From Alphaproteobacteria bacterium (GTDB lineage: Bacteria > Pseudomonadota > Alphaproteobacteria > SP197): a stretch of DNA of 64,000 bases. The notes under the pieces were generated by a model. The model was given only the letters and a program-made list of their open reading frames with translations, ran no database searches and had not been told where the DNA came from. Every line of letters begins with the position of its first letter. Position 1 is the stretch's first letter. Location of the stretch: positions 1,568,001 to 1,632,000 of the forward strand of contig OZ219920.1 of assembly GCA_964291415.2 (NCBI GenBank), in the 5' to 3' direction. Shown in pieces: positions 8,507-16,777 of the stretch. A program made the translations under genes and the position numbers.

Positions 8507-11500
8507 CAAGCGAGGGATTCATCGATGCCAGCCTCTCCTGCCTGAAGCAGGGCGGGCGCTTCGTGGAACTGGCCCGGCGGGACATCCTGAGCGTGGAGGA
8601 GATGTCGGAGCTCCGCCCGGACGTTGGCTACGACATTCTGGAGCTCGATGTCCTGAAGAAGACCGATCCGGCATGGGTCGGCAGGGTCCTCACAAGTATC
8701 GTGAATCGCCTGGGATCGGGAGAGCTGAAACCAATCGTGCACAGCAGGTGGCCGCTCTCGGAGGCAGGGGCCGCCTTGCGATTCATGCGATCGGCTCGGC
8801 ATCTCGGAAAGATCGTCGCGACAGCCTCGCCATTGGCACAAGGCCACCTGCGATCGGACCGGTCCTACCTGGTGACCGGCGGTCTGGGCGGAATCGGATG
8901 CGCGGTGGCGGTGTGGCTTGCCGACCACGGCGCCGGGACAATCGTGCTCAACGGACGCCGGGATCCGGATGCGGACGCCATGGAAACAATCGATGCCCTT
9001 CGCGAACGCGGGGTGAACGTCGTTGTGGAGCTGGCAGACGCCACGGACACCGTCGCTATCGACCGGATGCTCGAGCGTATCGATCGGAACCTGCCTTCCC
9101 TGGCGGGCGTGATCCACAGCGTGGGAGTGCTGTCGGACGGCGCCCTCACCAACCAGAGCTGGACGAGGTTCGAAGAGGTTCTCTGGCCGAAGATCCTGGC
9201 AGCGTGGCACCTGCATCGTGCGACAGAAAACCGCGACCTCGACTTCTTCATGCTCTTCTCGAGCCGTGTCGGAGTGATGGGGAATCCGGGTCAGGCGAAC
9301 CATGCGGCAGCCAATGCCTTCCTCGATCAGCTTGCCGCTCACCGCCGGGCGATGGGCCTGCCGGGGCAGGCCATTGCATGGGGTGCCTGGTCCGAGATCG
9401 GCGAGGCGGCCGAACAAAGGGATCGGATCGAAAGACAGCGTTCTGCGCTGGGAGGCCGCTGGTTCACCCCGCAGCAGGGCCTGAAGGCAATGGAACGACT
9501 GATGCGCGAGGACGTTGCGACATCCGTGGTGATGTCGATGGACTGGACCGTCTTCGAAGAGGCAGTGGAGGAACGCCCCTCGTTCCTCGAGGAGCTCCTT
9601 TCGACGGACGCGGAGTCCGAAGACGAGCGCGCGGCTTCCTCGACCGACGTACTGACCCGGCTCGCGGAAACACCGACATCCGGGCGGGTCAGTCTTCTGG
9701 TTTCGTTCCTGCAGGGCGAGGTGCAGGCCGTGCTCCGCCTGCCGTCGACGCCGGATCCCTCGGTCGGGTTCTTCGACCTCGGCATGGACTCGCTGATGTC
9801 GGTTGAACTGAGGAACCGGTTGAACCGGGCCTTCGCAGGGAACTACACGGCATCCAACACCGTAGTGTTCGACTATCCGGACATTGACTCGCTGGCCCGG
9901 CACCTGGTCGAGGAGCTGGGCGATGTCGAGGTGGAGGAGTCCGCTCCGCAAGTCCCATCCGAGCCGATTGTCCCTGCGGCGCCACGAACGACAGTGGACG
10001 GCATCGCCATCGTCGGCATGGCGTGCCGATTCCCGGGCGCGCCAGATCTCGGTGCGTTCCGACAGCTTCTCGCAGAGGGGCGCAGCACGATGACGGAGGG
10101 GCGCCCGGACCCCGTCGGTGGTGACGGTGTGTCGGCCGACCCGGCGATCGTCAGAAGAGCGTACCGGCACGGCGCCTTTATCGAGGGGATCGACCGTTTC
10201 GACGCACGCTTCTTCGGCATCCAGCCCATCGAGGCGCGGACGATGGACCCGCGCCAGCGGATCTTGCTGGAGACGACCTGGCAGGCTCTCGAGGACGCCG
10301 GGATCGACCCCGGCACGCTGCGAGGTGGTCGCGTCGGGGTGTACGCAGGACTGGGGGGAAGCGAGTACCGGGACCTGGTCGCGCTTGACGGCGGGGAGGT
10401 CGGGTATCTCGGCACCGCCGGGAGCGTTGCCGTCGGGAGGGTGGCCTTCGCACTGGGGCTGTCGGGACCGGCGATGGCCCTGGACATGACCTGCGCATCG
10501 TCGCTTGCCGCACTGCACCAGGCCGCCGTGGGTCTCGAGAGGGGCGAAGTGGACGTGGCCCTCGGCGGTGGCGTGCATGCTGTGCTCTCCCCCGGAGTGA
10601 CCACGTTCATGGCCGAGCTGGGACTGCTGTCCAAGGGCGGCCGTTGCCGGCCCTTCGATGCGGACGCGGATGGTTTCGTGCGAGGCGAGGGTTGCGGGAT
10701 GGTGGTGCTCAAGCGGCTCGCCGACGCCGAGGCGGACGGCGACCGAATCTGGGCCGTGATTCGCGGTTCGGCGGTCAATCAGAGCGGGGCGAGCGCGGGA
10801 CTGACCGTGCCGAATGGTCCGGCGCAGGAGCGGGTCATCGAGGAGGCGTTGTCCCGGGCCGACATCGCGCCGGCCGACGTCGACTACCTCGAGGCGCATG
10901 GGACCGGATCGGCGATGGGAGATCCCATCGAAGTCCGGGCAGTGGCGGCGGTGTACGGAAAGGGGCGTGCCCCGGAGCGACCACTCCTCATCGGCTCATT
11001 CAAGCCGAACATCGGTCATCCGGAGGCAGCGGCGGGAATAGCCGGGCTGATCAAGGTCGTGCTGGCCATGCAGGAAAAGCTGATCCCGCCGCAGCCGGAC
11101 TTCCGGACGCCCAGCCCGCTGATCGAGTGGGACAAGCTGCCGGTGAAGGTGACCTCGCAGCCGACGCCCTGGCCGCTCGTCGCCGACCGACCGCCCCGTG
11201 CCGGTATCAGCGCCTTCGGAATCTCCGGAGCCAACGCGCACGTGGTGGTGGAGGGCTACGACGATACTGGCGTTGCCTGCTCTCCCGCCCCAGGCATGAC
11301 TGTACCCGCCGGAGCCGAACAGCCGGTTCCATTCGTTGCACCGGATCCGGCAGGAGGGCCGGTTGATGCTGCAGCGACGGACACCTCGGCCACCGGTGGC
11401 CGTGCCAGACTTCTGCCGCTTTCGGGCAAGTCGAACGAGGCCCTTCGCGAGCTGGCGATGCGCTATCTGTCATGGCTCGAAGAAACGGTCGCCGGGACCG

Positions 11501-12537
11501 ACAGAGCAGACGGAGAACCTTCTTGTCTGCTCTCTGACATGGCATGGACCGCCAGCGTCGGACGAAGTCACTTCGCCCATCGGGCGGGCGTGGTGTTTCA
11601 GGATGCGCCGTCGTTGCGCGAGCGCCTGGCGACGCTCGGGAGCTCGCAGGATGGGCCGGCGACGGGAACGCCGGCACGGATTGCGTTTGCCTTCCCGGAC
11701 GACCTGGGCACATGGACCGAAACGGGCGAGGCTCTCTACCGGAGCGAGCCGGTTTTCCGTGCCGTGCTGGAGCGCTGCGACGCGGCGTTTCAGGACTTCG
11801 CAGACGCTACGCTGCTCGAACCGCTGCGCGGCGGGAAGGAAGGCGACGCCGTTAACGACGATCCCGCATGGGGTCAACCCGCCGTCTACGCCCTGGAATG
11901 CGCTCTTGTTGCACTGTGGTCCAGCGTCGGCGTGAGACCCGGCGTTGTCTTCGGCCAGGGTGCGGGCGAGATTGCAGCGGCACAGGCTGCCGGCATGCTC
12001 AGCCTGGAGGATGGCTTGCGTCTGGCGTCGGCAAGAGGACGGTTGACCGGAGCCATGGCTCAGGCGAGCTCGCCCGCCAGCTTCGAGGATACGCTTGCCG
12101 GAATCACGATGTCCCAGGCTACGCTCACGTTCGTGTGCGGCACGACGGGAAAGACGTCGCGGCCCGGCGAAGCCTTGACAGGCGATGACTGGATGCGACA
12201 GGCCGTCGAATCCGCGGATCCTGGAACTGGGGCGGCCGCGCTGGCAGATCTCGAAGTCGACGCAATCGTCGAGACCGGTCCGGACTCAACGCTCGGTCCG
12301 GCAATGGTGAAAGGCTGGCCTCAGACTGCCGGACGCGGCGCACCGGTCGCCATCACGGGCCTTCAGTCGTCCGCGGTGGACGACGCCGGGTTCGTAGCGG
12401 CCGTTGCCAAAGCCTACGAAGCCGGATTTCCGGTTCGTTTCGACGGCCTCTTCGCCGGCGAGGCGCGACGGCGCATTTCGGTGCCGGGCTACCCCTTCCA
12501 GCGTCGCAGTTTCTGGATGCGATCCCCGAAGCGTTAG
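8419..12537 (+). CDS. supA: SupA-like type I PKS, C-terminal part (ER C-half-KR-ACP-KS-inactive AT); continuation across frameshift
   Basis: Begins mid-ER (FDSRTTEF..GVDVVLNSL). KR: YLVTGGLGGIG, LSD, NHAAAN. ACP: GFFDLGMDSLM. KS2: DMTCASS, EAHGTGS, NIGHPEAAAG. AT0: GQGAGE. Ends VPGYPFQRRSFW. Confidence 0.85.
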   Translation: MFDSRTTEFAGQILDATGGEGVDVVLNSLTSEGFIDASLSCLKQGGRFVELARRDILSVEEMSELRPDVGYDILELDVLKKTDPAWVGRVLTSIVNRLGSGELKPIVHSRWPLSEAGAALRFMRSARHLGKIVATASPLAQGHLRSDRSYLVTGGLGGIGCAVAVWLADHGAGTIVLNGRRDPDADAMETIDALRERGVNVVVELADATDTVAIDRMLERIDRNLPSLAGVIHSVGVLSDGALTNQSWTRFEEVLWPKILAAWHLHRATENRDLDFFMLFSSRVGVMGNPGQANHAAANAFLDQLAAHRRAMGLPGQAIAWGAWSEIGEAAEQRDRIERQRSALGGRWFTPQQGLKAMERLMREDVATSVVMSMDWTVFEEAVEERPSFLEELLSTDAESEDERAASSTDVLTRLAETPTSGRVSLLVSFLQGEVQAVLRLPSTPDPSVGFFDLGMDSLMSVELRNRLNRAFAGNYTASNTVVFDYPDIDSLARHLVEELGDVEVEESAPQVPSEPIVPAAPRTTVDGIAIVGMACRFPGAPDLGAFRQLLAEGRSTMTEGRPDPVGGDGVSADPAIVRRAYRHGAFIEGIDRFDARFFGIQPIEARTMDPRQRILLETTWQALEDAGIDPGTLRGGRVGVYAGLGGSEYRDLVALDGGEVGYLGTAGSVAVGRVAFALGLSGPAMALDMTCASSLAALHQAAVGLERGEVDVALGGGVHAVLSPGVTTFMAELGLLSKGGRCRPFDADADGFVRGEGCGMVVLKRLADAEADGDRIWAVIRGSAVNQSGASAGLTVPNGPAQERVIEEALSRADIAPADVDYLEAHGTGSAMGDPIEVRAVAAVYGKGRAPERPLLIGSFKPNIGHPEAAAGIAGLIKVVLAMQEKLIPPQPDFRTPSPLIEWDKLPVKVTSQPTPWPLVADRPPRAGISAFGISGANAHVVVEGYDDTGVACSPAPGMTVPAGAEQPVPFVAPDPAGGPVDAAATDTSATGGRARLLPLSGKSNEALRELAMRYLSWLEETVAGTDRADGEPSCLLSDMAWTASVGRSHFAHRAGVVFQDAPSLRERLATLGSSQDGPATGTPARIAFAFPDDLGTWTETGEALYRSEPVFRAVLERCDAAFQDFADATLLEPLRGGKEGDAVNDDPAWGQPAVYALECALVALWSSVGVRPGVVFGQGAGEIAAAQAAGMLSLEDGLRLASARGRLTGAMAQASSPASFEDTLAGITMSQATLTFVCGTTGKTSRPGEALTGDDWMRQAVESADPGTGAAALADLEVDAIVETGPDSTLGPAMVKGWPQTAGRGAPVAITGLQSSAVDDAGFVAAVAKAYEAGFPVRFDGLFAGEARRRISVPGYPFQRRSFWMRSPKR

Positions 12538-12623
12538 TCGCCTTGCGACAACTAGTTCGTCGGCTGGGGCGAGGCCGGACGGTGGGGGTTCTCGTTGGAG
12601 AAGCAACCGGCGGCGGCTCACAC

Positions 12624-13517
12624 TTATCGAATGTCGCGGCTGGCGAGGTACTCACGCGCCATTGCCGCGCAGTGCGCGGGCTGTTCCAGTTGCAGAAAAT
12701 GCGACGCCTGCGGCACGAAGTCGTAGTCGACAACCGACGCATGACTGAGATCGAAGGTGGGGAGATACGCGTAAGGCAGTGTCGGGTCGGCACCGATAAC
12801 CTTGGTCGGGCAGGTCAGTGTCGAAAGATCCAGCAACGGCGAGAAGCTCCTCACGTACTCGGCGATCTGGGCTTCGTATTCGCGAGGACAACGCAGTTCG
12901 TACCCGTTTGCGCTCTCGCGAAGAGTCGTTCGTGCCATGAGATCGCGCACACCCGGCACGACGTTGGCGAATCCGGGAACGATGGCCAGGACTTCCGCAT
13001 ACTGCTCTTCGGACTTGAACCGCTCCGTCCGGCGCCGGGTCATGGCGGCCGTCCGTTCCGCCGCCGCGATGAACTCCAGTTCGCTGGCGGCGGGTTTGCA
13101 GAGCGGCGGGTCGAACAGAATCAGCGCGGAATAGGCGTTGTTGAATGACAGCAGGGCGACCAGTGTCGACAGCGAATGAAACACGCCGACCGTCGTCTTT
13201 TCGCCAAACTCCCGGACAATGGCATCGAGAATGATGTCATGGTCGAAGATCAACGTCGGAATGTTGTGATCCCGCTGGACACCGACCTCGTTCCAGCCGT
13301 GGTTCCTGAGATCGTAGACCATCAGGTCGAAGTCTTCGGCGAGCAAGGACCAGAACGGATAGTAGAGGTCAACCGCGAGACCGTTGCCATGGGTCAGGAC
13401 GAGCCGCGGACCGGACGGGTTGCCGTGTCGCCTCACGGTGGTCACGGTGCTGTCGTCGAGCCGGACTTCGAACGTGGCAAGGGGCTCGGGTATCGTCCAC
13501 ATCATTGCTTCCGTCAT
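12624..13517 (-). CDS. Alpha/beta fold hydrolase (candidate PKS-associated thioesterase/acyltransferase)
   Basis: Motifs LTHGNG, YDLRNHG, nucleophile elbow VFHSLS and C-terminal SHFLQLE. Start trimmed to ATG 13517. Confidence 0.8.
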   Translation of the reverse strand: MTEAMMWTIPEPLATFEVRLDDSTVTTVRRHGNPSGPRLVLTHGNGLAVDLYYPFWSLLAEDFDLMVYDLRNHGWNEVGVQRDHNIPTLIFDHDIILDAIVREFGEKTTVGVFHSLSTLVALLSFNNAYSALILFDPPLCKPAASELEFIAAAERTAAMTRRRTERFKSEEQYAEVLAIVPGFANVVPGVRDLMARTTLRESANGYELRCPREYEAQIAEYVRSFSPLLDLSTLTCPTKVIGADPTLPYAYLPTFDLSHASVVDYDFVPQASHFLQLEQPAHCAAMAREYLASRDIR

Positions 13518-14081
13518 GGCGCTGCTTGTCCGGTTTCCTCTCGATGCGGTGCCGGGATCGAGACACGACATCGCTTCAATGGTCGCCCACGTCATCGCAA
13601 TGTTCACGGAAAACTCGGACGATTCGACCTCCCTCGAACACAAGGAACCTGGGAGACGTTGTCCGCTGCCGCGGTGGTCCCCTCGTGTCCTGGAGTTTCG
13701 GGGGAACTTCCTCTCACTGGTCTGATGGTCAATGTTCCACAGTTTGCACTCCGATACCACACGCGTGAAAGCCATCCCTCCCGGCCACTTTGTCTGCCCC
13801 CTTGGAGCCTGCCGGTGGGTACGCTGCTCCTTGCCGGTGTCGGAAGAGGCCTCCCATTCGGGTGACGGCCACACCGGGCAGCACACTCATCCCACCTCAA
13901 GACGCACGGGCCAGGCAACTGGATTGCGATCCTCGAGACCGCGCTTTCCGGACATGCCGCCCCTGCCCCGCAGAAGCGATGAGACGCCCTTCCGGACGCA
14001 CAACGACACCGTGTTTGCCCCGCGCCCGGGTATGGTAGAACGATCTCCTGACACGCTGGCCCCCCGGTGAGGGATGACATC

Positions 14082-15416
14082 ATGGACGACAGTCTCACGC
14101 AGTCACTTCAGGACCTCGACCGTCATCATCACCTGCATCCCTTCACCGACGCCCGCGTCGTCAACGACGCCGGCGTACGCCTCATCACCGGAGCCCAGGG
14201 CGTTTACCTCACCACGTCGCGCGGTCACCGCGTACTCGATGGCATGGCTGGTCTCTGGTGCGTGAACATCGGCTACGGGCGCCGTGAACTTGCCGACGCG
14301 GCCCATGACCAACTCCTCTCGCTGCCCTACTACAACACCTTCTTCCAGACATCGACCGTACCCACCACCCGCCTCGCCGGGCGCCTCGCGGAGATTGCCC
14401 CGGAAGGATTCAACCATGTTTTCTTCGCCAATTCCGGATCGGAAGCGAACGACACGGCGGCCAAGATGGTGCGCTGGTACTGGAACATCAGGGGACAGCC
14501 TTCCCGCAAGACCATCATTTCCCGCCGCCATGCCTACCACGGCGTCACCATGGCGGCAGCCAGCATGTGCGGACTCGAGGAGATGCACCCCCAGTTCGAT
14601 CTGCCCCTTCCCGGATTCATCCACGCGGACTGCCCATACTGGTATCGCTACGGCCGCGACATGGATCCGGAAGAATTCGGTATCGCCGCCGCCCGCTCGG
14701 TCGAACGGCTGATTGCCGAGACGGGCCCTGAGACCATCGGCGCGTTCATCGGCGAACCGGTCATGGGGGCCGGCGGGGTCATCGTGCCTCCGGCGAGCTA
14801 CTGGCCGGAGATCATGAGAATCTGCCGCCAGTACGGGATCCTCGTCATTGCCGATGAAGTGATCTGCGGGTTCGGCCGGACGGGCGAGTGGTTCGGCAGC
14901 AACACCTTCGGCATCGAGCCTGACATCATGACCATCGCCAAGGGGCTCTCGTCAGGCTACCAGCCCATCAGCGGCATACTCGTGCACGACAGGATTGCCG
15001 ACGTGATGATCGAGGAGGGCGGGGAGTTCCAGCATGGATTCACGTGGTCGGGCCATCCCGTCGCGGCCGCCGTGGCGCTGGAGAACATCGACATTCTCCA
15101 GCGCGAGGCCATCATCGAGACATGCCGGACCGTGACCGCCCCCCACATGCAGCAACGCCTGCGGGAGCTCGTCGATCATCCTCTCGTCGGCGAGGTGCGC
15201 GGGGTGGGCATGATGGCAGCGGTGGAACTTTCCGGCGGAAGGGGCACCGCCACCAAGGTTCGCGCAGAGGCCTGGAAACGCGGCCTTCTCGTGCGCGCAA
15301 CCGGAGAATCGCTCATCCTGTCACCACCCCTCATCATCTCGCCTGACCAGGTCGACACGCTGGCAGACACACTCGATGCGGCACTCGCCGTCGTCGAATC
15401 ACGGCCTGTCGCATGA
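14082..15416 (+). CDS. Class III PLP aminotransferase (omega-amine/putrescine:pyruvate, SpuC-like)
   Basis: Motifs HLHPFT, DGMAGLWCVNIGYG, NSGSEAND, YHG, ADEVICGFGRTG and IAKGLSSGY (PLP Lys). Confidence 0.9.
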   Translation: MDDSLTQSLQDLDRHHHLHPFTDARVVNDAGVRLITGAQGVYLTTSRGHRVLDGMAGLWCVNIGYGRRELADAAHDQLLSLPYYNTFFQTSTVPTTRLAGRLAEIAPEGFNHVFFANSGSEANDTAAKMVRWYWNIRGQPSRKTIISRRHAYHGVTMAAASMCGLEEMHPQFDLPLPGFIHADCPYWYRYGRDMDPEEFGIAAARSVERLIAETGPETIGAFIGEPVMGAGGVIVPPASYWPEIMRICRQYGILVIADEVICGFGRTGEWFGSNTFGIEPDIMTIAKGLSSGYQPISGILVHDRIADVMIEEGGEFQHGFTWSGHPVAAAVALENIDILQREAIIETCRTVTAPHMQQRLRELVDHPLVGEVRGVGMMAAVELSGGRGTATKVRAEAWKRGLLVRATGESLILSPPLIISPDQVDTLADTLDAALAVVESRPVA

Positions 15417-15427
15417 GGCTGTGACCC

Positions 15428-15976
15428 ATGATCGGACGCTTTGCGGCGAGGCTGGGACACCGCCTTCCCGGGCATATGGTCGCGGGAACGATCCTCACGC
15501 TTGTGGGTGCCTGGTTCTTCTACGAACCATTGCGTCACGACTATCCCATGGCAGAAGACCTCGTCGCCGTCGAGACGGGTGTCGTGGAAGCGATAGAGAT
15601 CCGCAAGCGGCGCGGCGCTTTCATCCGGTTCCTCGTTCCCGACCCTCTCGAGTTGCAGGCAGTTCTCGAAGACGACGGGAGAGTCGTGCGCTATCGCAAT
15701 GACCTTCCGCACTATCGGGAATTCAAGGAAGCCCTGAAGTCAGGAACCCATGTCTTTCACTTGTGGATCGATGCTTCCGACCCCGACGACGCCACTCTTG
15801 TCTGGCAGCTCGACAGCGGGGGAAGAACCCTGGTCTCGCTTGACGACACCATCCAGTCGCTGATCGAGATCCGTCTACGGCAAATGTGGCTGCCCGGCGC
15901 CATCGCGATCTTCGGTCTTGCCATCATCGCACTCTCCATGTGGCGCCGCCGGTCAAAGGGTCGTCCTCGAGTCTGA
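15428..15976 (+). CDS. Hypothetical membrane protein (N- and C-terminal TM helices)
   Basis: 182 aa, starts 11 nt after the aminotransferase stop. Two hydrophobic segments flank a soluble domain. Confidence 0.65.
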   Translation: MIGRFAARLGHRLPGHMVAGTILTLVGAWFFYEPLRHDYPMAEDLVAVETGVVEAIEIRKRRGAFIRFLVPDPLELQAVLEDDGRVVRYRNDLPHYREFKEALKSGTHVFHLWIDASDPDDATLVWQLDSGGRTLVSLDDTIQSLIEIRLRQMWLPGAIAIFGLAIIALSMWRRRSKGRPRV

Positions 15977-16074
15977 CCTCGACCAGATTCCCCCGCAGCA
16001 CGGGCTTCGTTCATGATGACACGCGATTGGCGGGGACAGCTCATCAGTGTGAAGGGCGGCATGCCGATGACCGA

Positions 16075-16386
16075 TCACAGTCGCGCACGACTTCGACTCG
16101 CCCAGTCACCTCCGCTGTAGGTTACTGCCAGAACAAGAACCTCCTCGGCATCGTCGTCTACTGTGAACGCAATCACGGCCCGGCTGCCGGCCGGGATTGC
16201 CCGAAGGCCAGGTGCGATTTCATCGCGAACTGATCCCTTGTGCGGAACTTGCCCCAGGCCCCTGATTGTCTGTTCAATCTCCATCAGCTTCCGGTTTGCG
16301 GTCGCACTTCCCGCATACTCGATGATCCATCGGGCGATTGCCTCCAGGTCCCGCGACACAAGTGGGTGGAAGAGAATTCGGTACAC
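16075..16386 (-). CDS. Type II toxin, RelE/ParE family
   Basis: YRILFHPLVSRDLEAIARWI...PHKGSVRDEIAPGLR...VLVLAVTYSG. The GTG start overlaps the antitoxin stop. Confidence 0.85.
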   Translation of the reverse strand: MYRILFHPLVSRDLEAIARWIIEYAGSATANRKLMEIEQTIRGLGQVPHKGSVRDEIAPGLRAIPAGSRAVIAFTVDDDAEEVLVLAVTYSGGDWASRSRARL

Positions 16387-16655
16387 TATTTCTTTTGGGC
16401 CGCCACGACGGCGGCGCGCGCTGCCGAAAATGCCGTCTTACGGTCAACGTACTCCGAACGGTCAGTTTGCATCCGTGTTCGGACTTCTTCGGCGAGGACG
16501 GAAAGTGCCACTTCCCGTTCCTCCTCATCCTGTATCATGTGCTCGACTGCGCTGGCCACCGCAGCGCTCCGAGTGGCGAAGAGACCTTGACCCACTTTTT
16601 CTGAAAGGAAACGGTGGTGGCGGTCAGTGAAGCTGAGTGTCGTCTTGACGGTCAT
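16386..16655 (-). CDS. Type II antitoxin, ParD-like ribbon-helix-helix
   Basis: 89 aa with RHH pattern MTVKTTLSFTD...GLFATRSAAVASAV. AAGGAGT SD at 16661-16667; directly upstream of the toxin. Confidence 0.8.
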   Translation of the reverse strand: MTVKTTLSFTDRHHRFLSEKVGQGLFATRSAAVASAVEHMIQDEEEREVALSVLAEEVRTRMQTDRSEYVDRKTAFSAARAAVVAAQKK

Positions 16656-16667
16656 TCGCGACTCCTT

Positions 16668-16686
16668 AGTGTGACTGAGTCATACT
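16668..16686. promoter_or_regulatory. Palindromic operator candidate for TA autoregulation
   Basis: AGT-G-TGACT-G-AGTCA-T-ACT inverted repeat immediately upstream of the antitoxin SD. Confidence 0.5.
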
Positions 16687-16777
16687 TCATTTGGCTGGTG
16701 GACTCAACGGCCAAGACCGGATGACGAACGAATTGCCGGTGCTGCTGTCGACGGCACCGCGAGCCTGACGCTCGGAC

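Noticed and set aside
13518-13886. 123-aa N-terminal extension of the hydrolase ORF
   Set aside because: No hydrolase-like sequence; homology starts near MTEAMMWTIPEP.
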